A program made the translations under genes and the position numbers. DNA of 64,000 bases, from positions 1,602,330-1,666,329 of the forward strand of contig NW_003314283.1 in assembly GCF_000143415.4 (NCBI RefSeq). The letters run 5' to 3'. A model generated the notes under the pieces. That model was not told the DNA's origin. It did not search any database and saw only the letters and a program-made list of their open reading frames with translations. Origin of the DNA: Selaginella moellendorffii. Taxonomy: Eukaryota; Plantae; Lycopodiophyta. Of the stretch, positions 11,001 to 20,052 are shown one piece after another (within the stretch, counting starts at the first letter, position 1; every line of letters begins with the position of its first letter).

Positions 11001-12135
11001 GAGCTCCTGGAATGCTCCCGTTGATCTGTGACACCGCCAGGCTCATCGAAATGAGGTTGCCCAGGTCTCCAAACGAGTCGGGGATAGGACCGCTGAGCAA
11101 GTTGTTGGAGAGATCAAACTTCTGGAGCTGGCTGCAGTTTCCAAGGCTCGCAGGTATAGACCCCGAGAGGCGGGTGTTGGCAACGTAGAGAATCTTGAGG
11201 CTGCCGAGCTCCCCAAACTCCCACGGAAGACTCCCACTAAAACCGTTGATACCCAGGCTGAGCTCTTGCATGCTTCGCAGACGTCCAATCTCCCCAGGAA
11301 TGGGACCCGACAGCGAATTGTTGGTGATGTCCAGGGTGACGAGGAGCTCGAGCTGCGTGAGCTGCGTCGGGAAAGGCCCGGAGAAGCCATTGTTGGAAAG
11401 GTCGAGGTTGACGAGCTGCGACAAGTTGCCCAAGTGCGGAGGAATTTGGCCGGTGAAAGCGTTGCTGCTGAGATCGAGATAGCTGAGGTTTCGGAGAGAG
11501 CCCAACGTCGATGGGACGCTTCCCGAGAGCCAGTTACTTCCGAGATCCAGCTTTTGGAGTCTGAGAAGCGATCCAATCTCGCCAGGAACAGTGCCACGGA
11601 GAGAGTTTCGACTGAGCACCAGCTCCTCGAGACGCTGGAGCTTGCCAACCTCGGCCGGAATGCTTCCCTCGATGAGATTGGAGCTCACGTCCAGCTGCTT
11701 CAAACTGCTCAGGCCAAAGATCTCGTCCGGCAGACTCCCCGAGAGAAGATTGCTAGCGAGAAAGAGAACTTCCAGCTTGCTCAACGATCCAATCTCGGCG
11801 GGGATACTCCCGGACAGAGCATTGCCACTCAAGTCAATGTGTTGCAAGCTGCTCAAGCTCCCGAGCGATGGCGAGAGAGGTCCCTGGAGACTGAGCTCCG
11901 GAAGCTCGAGAGAAGTGATCCGGCCCTGCCCATTGCAGTGGATCCCCGTGAAAGCGCACACATTGGAGGCGGACTTATCTGACCAGTCGGCGAGAGCATC
12001 CCAGCCGCCAGTGAGCGCTTGCTTGAAGGAGAGAAGGGCTTGGAGCTCCGCGGCTGTGGCATCGGCAGTGGGTGCGGCGTCGATCGCTTGATGCAACAGT
12101 AGCAGTAGCAGTAGCAGGAACAAGGGCAGGGCCAT
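8032..12135 (-). CDS. EMS1: LRR receptor-like kinase EXCESS MICROSPOROCYTES1/EXS (LRR-X), intronless, 1367 aa
   Basis: Signal peptide, about 30 LRRs with island [26 protein letters not shown], transmembrane helix, juxtamembrane [15 protein letters not shown], kinase [13 protein letters not shown]...[11 protein letters not shown]...[35 protein letters not shown]; all typical of EMS1. Confidence 0.95.
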   Translation of the reverse strand: [1367 protein letters not shown]

Positions 12136-13875
12136 TTGCTTCTTCTTCTTCTTCAGCGGATGGAGATCAGTGCTCGATCGGCTGAGCGCTCGCTAGAAAT
12201 ACTCCTGCTGTCCAGCTGCTACTCCCCGCTGGCCTGTGTGAGGAACGCAATGTAACTGATGATTTAGTCTATGATACCAAGCAAGCGAAGAAAGCGAGCG
12301 TACCAGATAGATAATCAGCCCGTTGCCATGGCCAGCCCTATGATGCGATCGATCGCGAGTGGCGCAATGCCGTCACGGCTGTGGCACGCATTCTTGATCG
12401 AATCCCAAAATATTTCGGCCCGCGCGATCCCCAAGCCTGCGGTAACTCCCTGGCGATCCCTGCCCAGCGCCGCTCGCTCGATCGACTAGCGAAGATCCGA
12501 TCGCGAGAGGAAGAGCTCTCACCCAGCGAGGAAGAGTATCATCGATCCGCCGTCACGAAGAAGGGATTGGCGGAGGCGATCGAGGAGAGAGAATGTAGGT
12601 ATAGGGAGGGATTCTCACAGAGAGGGCGCCATCGCCATGGCCATAGCCGCCTCCTCTTCTCCTCGTTTGTTCATGTATGTTGTGCCCCGGCGACGTGGCG
12701 CCACGCAGTGCCGTTGGATGGGCATACACGGACAAAACGGAGATTTCGTGACGAGGAATATTCTCGCCATTCCGCCGATTAGAATCGATTAGAATGGGCC
12801 CGCTCAAATCCGCCAATGCGCTGCATTTGCCGGCATGATTAGTTTTTTACCTGCGAGTCAAATACACCTCCTGCGCTAGTGGGTATTTCACCGCGCTCTA
12901 CGCAATACGCCCCAGAGTTAAATGGGAAAGCGACACGCGAATCTTTGGCGCTCGCGATGTGGATAGATCCGACGGCGGAGAGCGAAATGGCAGCGCCTGG
13001 TCCGGGGTTCGATGCCAGCCCACCCCCGAAACCTACTTTTCACCTTTTTTTTCTTTCAAAATAATGGAGGGATTTTATGTGGAATGTCCAAAAGGATCAA
13101 ATTTCTTTCACTCAAGCACTGCACTGCATCTTTCATGAGAGGGGTCAAAAAAAAGAGATGAAAGGGCTGCGCTCTGCTCACTCTGGACGCACTGTCGTTT
13201 TCCCTGGAGCGATGGTGAAAGAAAGTTTTAACTTTCACTCCTGTTTTATTACTGCCACCACTACCACTATAGCTACCTATAACCAAGAACCCTAGGCGGC
13301 ATTACGGACCAAACAACAATGTAACACACTCCAATCCCAGGAACCCTAAACCAGCATCATTTCCTTGCGAGTGAATCAACCATGCAAATTCGTACATATA
13401 TGTGATCTGGGATCAAATCTCTGGAGTGCCAGCTCCTCTGGGTGCTTTTATCCTAGACTAAGATTCTATAAAGAAATGGGAAAAGAGAGAGATGGGGACT
13501 CGCGACTATGATGCCTGCTACTGGAGCGCGAAGGACCTGAGAGCCCTGACTCTCGACTTCCAAAGCATTATAGAAGCGAGTAAACAAGCATTTCCCTGGC
13601 TTGCATCCATTTTTCTTGTGACTCCCCCACCCCCACTGTGCGCCATCGCAGTCGCGACTCGCGAGACAAAGTGTTGTTTTAAGTGTAGATGTTCTCTGGA
13701 TGCGCGACACACAAATCTCTCCTGGAACAACACGCTCGGGATCTGGACCCCGAGATTAAGCAATTCATCAAAGGCAAATGCCCTGTACCACTATTCTCAA
13801 GGATTCGCTAGATCGTCCTGCTTGGTTTCGGAGCTACAAAACAAGTTGCCAAGCCGAGCGAGATCTCATACCTGA

Positions 13876-13898
13876 GTGTGTGTGTGTGTGTGTGTGTG
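13876..13898. repeat. (GT)n microsatellite
   Basis: About 11 perfect GT units. Confidence 0.95.
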
Positions 13899-14109
13899 CT
13901 GCAGAAAACAATATCTTACCACTCGAGAGCTAGCACCATCCTTTCTCTGGTGGAGAGAAGTTTTTTAAAGCACTTGAAAGCTGGTTTCATTGACTTGAGA
14001 AGCCAGGTTCAATCCCTGTAATTAAAGCCAGCGTGAGTGACCAAAACCAATTATCTTTCTTTCTAGTTCCGTCATTTTTTTTACGTACCACTTACTGCAT
14101 CATGTTGCA

Positions 14110-14649
14110 TTATGTGCTGTCTGGATCGAGATCAAGGACAGATCTCCTCAATTCCGGGTCCATAATCACACCTTTGACAATGTAAACCACGAGCATTTCT
14201 CCAATCCTCAGGTCCCTGGCCACGCAACGCATCCCATTCACCACCAGGCCCCTATTCACGTCCACCCCCAAGCTCAGCTTGTACCCGGATATGGTCTCGA
14301 CTTGGAGCTGCTCGCCCGGCCTCAAACTCGTGGAACTAATTCGGCTGGGAACCGAGCTGGAAGCCAGCAAGCGAGAGAGCAGCGCCTGCCTATTCCCGTC
14401 CCTGTTACTGTCCTCTCCTGAGGGCTTTACGAGCTTGTCCAGAATGGCCTCGCTCGGGACGAAGCTCGTGAATGCCAGATCCAAATCCTGTCCACCTAGC
14501 ATGTCTACCATGGACTTTCCAATTGGTCCCAGCTGCTCACTAGCACTATCAATACCCTGTCCTCCAGATCTGGCATAGAGCAGGACGCACAGCACGAGTA
14601 AACATACCAGCGTCAAAGCTCGAAGTTGCCTGTGACGATAACTTTCCAT
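14110..14649 (-). CDS. Small FAS1 (fasciclin-like) domain protein with N-terminal signal/anchor, single exon
   Basis: Hydrophobic N-terminus; H1-like FTSFVPSEAIL, central VPSRISS...VETISGYKL, H2-like LVVNG...DL...VVYIVKGVIMDPE. Confidence 0.7.
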   Translation of the reverse strand: MESYRHRQLRALTLVCLLVLCVLLYARSGGQGIDSASEQLGPIGKSMVDMLGGQDLDLAFTSFVPSEAILDKLVKPSGEDSNRDGNRQALLSRLLASSSVPSRISSTSLRPGEQLQVETISGYKLSLGVDVNRGLVVNGMRCVARDLRIGEMLVVYIVKGVIMDPELRRSVLDLDPDST

Positions 14650-14704
14650 CCCTGCTGTCCAGTACCTGTGACGCTGTCCAGTAACTTATAACTTTGCTCT
14701 TGAT

Positions 14705-17110
14705 TTAGAGAATTCCTCTGGTTGCCACGGCCGTTTCGATTCTGTCAATCACCTCGTCTACGCTGAGGGTGCCGAGTTCTCCCCCGTGTCTGGTGCGAAC
14801 AGTCAAAGTCTGAGCTTCGACTTCCTTGGGACCAACCACTGCCATGAGCGGAATCTTCTGAACCTCGGCATTACGAATCAGCTTGGAGAGCCGCTCACCG
14901 CACGCAATCTCTGCTCGAATGTCCTTTTCTCTAAGCCTTGCCAGGACCTGCTTACAGTAAGGCAGCTGCAAGAGTGGACAGGCGTTTCTTTAGAATACTT
15001 GCTCCACAGAGAACAAACGCGACTTACCTCAGTGTCCGTGACTGGGAGAAGGCGGGCTTGAACAGGAGCGATCCATAATGGGAAGTCACCAGCGTAACTC
15101 TCTATAAGAATGCCGACAAACCTCTCAATGGATCCAAATATCGCCCTGTGGATCATGATGGGCTGCTTTCTGGCCTGACTGGGATCCACGTATGTAAGAT
15201 CGAAACGCTCGGGAAGGTTGAAATCCACCTGGAGGAGAATCAAACATAAGCTGCCAGAGCATGAAGAATCATGTAAGCGTTACCTGGATTGTCGAACATT
15301 GCCACGTCCGGCCAATAGCATCCTCAATCTTGAGATCAATTTTTGGACCGTAGAAAGCACCACCGCCTTCGTCAATTCCATACGTCCAACCTTTGTCACT
15401 TATAGCGTCTTTCAAAGCTTCCGTTGCTTTGTGCCAGATATCATCACTACCGACAGCCTTTTCCGGTTTTGTTGACAGGTTGATCTCATAGTTTTGAAAG
15501 CCAAACTGAGAAAGGATCTCCTCTGTCAGGTCCAAAACGCTCTTGATTTCACCTCTAATCTGTTCTGGAAGGCAAAATATATGTGCATCATCCTGAAACA
15601 ATAACAGAAAAGATCAGAAGCTTCCAAATGTTAAGGACTTGCCTGTGTAAAGCCCCGGACTCGGAATAGTCCGTGAAGAGCACCGCTCAGCTCGTAGCGA
15701 TACACCGTACCTAGCTCCGCAAACTTGATGGGAAGCTCCCTATACGACCTCACTCTGTCCTTGTAGATTTGGATGTGGAACGGACAGTTCATCGGCCGCA
15801 GCTGATAAAACTCCTCTTCGATCTTTATCTGCTCGAACATGTTCTCCTTGTAAAAATCCAAATGCCCGCTTGTTTTCCACAACTCGGCCTTTGCAACGTG
15901 AGGTGTGTAGAGTAGCTCGTATCCTCGTCTCAGGTGGACTTTCTTCCAGTAGTCTTCGATCAAATGGCGAATCAAAGCTCCTTTAGGATGCCAGAAGACG
16001 AGACCGCCCCCGGCGTCCTCCTGTACCAAAAGTTGATGAGATGAAATGATATATCATCCAAGAAAAACCTCTACCTGGATTGAGAAAAGCTCAAGGTCTT
16101 GGCCAAGTCGACGGTGATCACGTCTCTTCGCTTCCTCCTTTTGCGTTTGATACGCTTTGAGCTGCTCTTCCGTCTGCCAAGCAGTTCCATAAATCCGCTG
16201 AAGCATCTGTCTCTTGACATCACCTCTCCAGTAAGCTCCAGCGACGGACTCAAGCTCAATGGCTTTCCTGTTAAGCTGGCCGGTCCTTTCAACGTGTGGA
16301 CCAGCACAAAGATCCCACCAGTCATTGCCTGAAAACTTTCGAAGGAAGTGAGGGAAGGAGCAAGCAAAGTATGTTCCTCACCAATGTGGTATATTGTAAT
16401 GGGTTCTGTTTTGATATCCTCTAGTATTTCCAGCTTGTACTTTTCGTTGATAGACATAATTCGATCCTTGGCTTCTTCTCTCGATACTTCTTCTCGTCTC
16501 AGAGGTAAATTCCGGCCAATGATGCGATCCTAAAGACCAGTTTCAGTGGCTCACATTCTTGAGCAAACACTTACCATTTCCTTCTTTATCTTCTTCAAAT
16601 CCTTGTCCGACAGTGGTTCTTTGAGGTCGAAGTCGTAGTAGAATCCTTTCTCAATCCACGGCCCAATTGTAACTTTAGCGTCTGGATAGAGTGTCTGGAC
16701 CGCCATAGCCATCACGTGAGCACACTGCGAAGATTTAAACGAGCAAGACGAGCTCAAGACTTTGAGAAATGTCCAGAAAAGATGTTACACTACCGTATGG
16801 CGCATCCGGAGCAACTCCTCGCATGACTCATTGGTTGGGAGAGGAATTTTGTGCGGTGATGGCGATGGTGGCGATATTTCCGTCTCGGATTCTGCCGCTA
16901 CAGACGATGCAAAGGCCCGATGACGAGCGCCAGGCACTCGCTGCCGCACCAAAGTCTCAGAGACGCCGAGAAACCTACGGATTCACGAGCAGATATGGGC
17001 GACCGAGCTCCCGCAAAGATTTACCTGCAAGTGGTGAGGCAAGATGCTCGCCGGACTGCGCCGAGCTGAAATGCGGCACACCACACGAGATGATTCGCAG
17101 CCGACGCCAT
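14705..17110 (-). CDS. thrS: Threonyl-tRNA synthetase, chloroplast/mitochondrial type (EMB2761-like), multi-exon
   Basis: Transit peptide exons join to [16 protein letters not shown]|[66 protein letters not shown]|[27 protein letters not shown] and anticodon domain; TAA at 14705. Confidence 0.95.
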
Positions 17111-17385
17111 CCCCCGCGCCTTAAGCCCTACACTTCACCCCTCTGTTTTTAGGATTCTTGGACAACACCGTTGAAGAATATTCCAAGCCTAGGTATATAC
17201 CCTTCCTTTAAAACCTCCTTGGGCATTTTGCTTGTCCATACGAGGGTTTCCAGAGGCTTTCGAGAGCGATCTAGGCCAGGAGAGGTGAGATTGGAGTAAA
17301 TATTGATCTCTTGACGCTCATTTCATTGATTTCTTCTTATAATCTCCACTTCCCCTAGATATTGCAGCATCCAATGTTCTTCCAG

Positions 17386-17877
17386 CATTCTTCTTCCAGC
17401 CAGTTCCACGATCTAGGCATGGAGAGGTGCATTGCCACTTGCTCTATCGATTTTACATCATAATCTTAAATTTTTATCAATTTCGCAATGCATCCGACCT
17501 TCTTCTTCCAATGGAAATCCGCAATCCAGACATAAAGAAGTGTGTCGATGTTCACTCTATCGATTTCACATCGTAATCTCAAGTTTCTATCGATTTCACA
17601 GTGCATCCGACTTTCTTCTTCCAGCAGAAAAATGGGTTTTGGCTAGAAGAAAAATGTGAAATGCATTGTGAACCAATAGAAAGTAGAAATTACGATAAAA
17701 AATCGATGAGCAAGCAGCAAGAGAATGATATTTCGAAAGAAAGCTCCTCCTCACCTCTTTATGCCCAAATCACGAATTTCTGTCAGAGATGCACTACACA
17801 ATCAATAGAAACTTGAGAAATCAATGGAGTCACACCTCTCCATGCCCAGATCACAGAACTAGCCTGAAGAAGAATGC
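17386..17877. repeat. Degenerate fold-back built from ~120-bp units upstream of ThrRS
   Basis: 17386-17430 (CATTCTTCTT...GATCTAGGCATGGAGAGGTG) is the reverse complement of 17833-17877; inner units mirror around ~17635. The same units occur as direct repeats at 23080-23470. Confidence 0.6.
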
Positions 17878-17896
17878 CAAAATCCTGTTCTGCCAA

Positions 17897-18848
17897 TCAA
17901 GTGAGTAGGACAGTCTTGAGCTGAGGGTTGGGAAGTCTAAAAAAATATCGAAAACACAGATTATAGCATGACCAACAAAGAGCTACATACACAACGTTGG
18001 AGCGCTTGAGCATGTTCCACATAAAGCTGCTATGAGAAGCCACCATGATCTCCTCCTCTTTACGCTCCCACAGCCTGATGGAGAGAGAATGTAAGAAGGA
18101 TGGTATAATCAGCTGTGAGGCACATTCACATACCACTGCAGGAACTGTCTGATCCGCTGCTGCATCACTGCCAGGGATTTGGCTGTCTCGGCATTCCACA
18201 ACACGCCACTTTCTTCTTCGATCTACAAATGGTTTCGCATCAGTTTCGAATTAGAGCTTTCGGGACAGGAACAATAAACCTGTGAGAAGTCGACGGATGG
18301 AAAGTGTGCCTTGAAGCTGCTGATAGACCGCCTCCTGTCAGAAGTTCGTGCGCTCTAAACGCATCAGCTTGTTGCAATACAATAGAACAACGACTTACAA
18401 TGCGCTCTCGGCATAGCTCCACAGCAACCAAAGGCAGGCTGGAATCACTTCCATTGTCGGCACCACGGAAAACTCCTGTAGCTGTTTGCAACGTCCTAAC
18501 GAAAACGAAAGTATCTAAAGACTTGATCGTCATGGGTGAAACTGTCACGAGCTGGATGCGGCGATCAAGGCCAGCTTCTCGGACGATCTTGCGGAGTGTA
18601 GCAACCTGACCTTTTTGTCAAAGGTAATTAGCAAAGAAAATCCAAAAACCACAACAGTGCAAAGAAGAAAAGCTCAAGGAAGTACCTGTTCCCATCCAGC
18701 AGGAGTGAGGACGGCATCGACGAGCTGATCATCATCGTTGAAGGATTTCTTGGAGGATTTTGTGCTGCAAAGGAAAGATGTTACAACCCATGTGATAAAC
18801 AAAGGTCGCAGCACGCGGAGAAGAAGGCCGGGTGTTAGGCGACGCCAT
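17897..18848 (-). pseudogene. Phosphoglycerate-mutase-like histidine phosphatase gene apparently lacking the catalytic RHx motif exon
   Basis: Exons give DAVLTPAGWEQ|VATLRKIVREAGLDRRIQLVTVSPM..RTLQTATGVF...VAVELCRERI|...DRRRSISSFKAHFPSVDFSQ|IEEESGVLW...FLQW|LWERKEEEIMVASHSSF|LPNPQLKTVLL, matching plant PGM-like proteins. No RHAQG/RHG seen, and one intron has lost its GT donor. Confidence 0.75.
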
Positions 18849-19001
18849 TCGCCGCGGAAGAAGAGGCAATGCTGACATCTCCATCCACGTTATGATAGGC
18901 CTGAGCGTGCCTCATCAATGCAACACCTTCATGCTCATAAGATCTCTTTCAAAAACAGAATATACTACTCAAGTTGGCATTGCAAAAAGACCAACAAAGA
19001 T

Positions 19002-19350
19002 TTTAGTTCCTCGTCTCACCTGCCTGTGATGGCATCCTCTTTGCGCTTGACAAAATCAATCTCAAGAACATCCGAGTGAGATTCAAAAAGTAACTGGAAA
19101 GCGGCAAAGGTACCTCCCTTCTGGTTGGTCGCCTCCACGGCTATGTATGGTTGCCATTTCTCAAGACCACTTCCCTCGAGGACTCAAAAACCAGGAAGTC
19201 GATTGATCTGGTCCACAATATGCATGCTCAAGTCTCGGTGGATTGTATTGGGCAAAAGTCCTCTTACTTGGTCTCTTCCATCGGCATCAGTCATAATAAA
19301 CAACAGAGTCCGACCGTGCCTCCACAGTGGTGCCTTCTTCTGCGTTTCCA
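19002..19350 (-). pseudogene. Deleted remnant of NOMO 3' exons
   Basis: Collinear blocks match 20295-20650 and 20878-20925 (e.g. CTGGAAAGCGGCAAAGGTACCTC, GGTTGCCATTTCTCAAGA), with many small deletions. Confidence 0.75.
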
Positions 19351-19416
19351 GTTAGGCTGGGACCTGATCACAGGAGGGACAAACCTGTGAAGGAGTAAAC
19401 GAGATCTCGATGCACC

Positions 19417-19566
19417 GTGCCCTCTCTATACAACCTCACTCTGTCCTTGTACATTTGGAAGTGGAATGGATCAGTTCATCGACTGCAGATGATAAAGACC
19501 TTGAGCTTTTCTCAATCCAGATGGAGGTTTTTCTTGTATGATATTTATTCATCTCATCAACTTTGG
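19417..19566. pseudogene. ThrRS fragment mosaic (one direct and one inverted piece)
   Basis: 19425-19497 matches 15738-15810 directly; 19497-19566 is the reverse complement of about 16026-16098. Confidence 0.75.
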
Positions 19567-19597
19567 ACGCTGGGGCAGTCTCGTCTAAAGGAGCTAG

Positions 19598-20007
19598 TTA
19601 TAGTGGTAGTTCGCTCCACTCTTGGGTCACTGGGTTGCCCACCACCAGGTTAAGCACACCCAGATGTTGCTCGGGGGGATCGCTCACGATGCATATCAGG
19701 CCACCTGCGGACGCAACGACTTCTGCGGTCAGTGGAGGCAATGCAAACTCCACACTGTGGTTCGGACGTGATGGATCCCAGGCGAAAAAGTGGTCGCTGT
19801 TGGTGACAGAGGTATTCATAACCCCAATGATTCTTGGTCGCCACTGTTTTGACACCAACGGCATCGAAAGGATGGATTGCTGATGATGGACCTCCATGAC
19901 TTGCAAACGGCAGAGCACCGACGCAGTGTGGCCAGCTCTACAAAGCTGAGAACCAGCTCCACAATGTCATCTTGCACCCACACAGGCGCTTCTTCTCTCT
20001 GCGTCAT
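19598..20007 (-). pseudogene. F-box gene, frameshifted and 3'-truncated
   Basis: VQDDIVELVLSFVELATLRRCSAVCKSWRSII F-box motif; frameshift near 19820; VVASAGGLIC...LVVGNPVTQEWSELP then ends. Confidence 0.8.
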
Positions 20008-20052
20008 CAACTAGACCTGGCACCCTTTTTAAAAAACCTCCGAGTTAGCGTT

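Noticed and set aside
7999-12091. Numerous ORFs antisense or out of frame to EMS1
   Set aside because: Shadow ORFs with no recognisable domains.
12271-13875. Short ORFs upstream of EMS1
   Set aside because: No motifs or consistent exon chain; likely EMS1 promoter and intergenic DNA.
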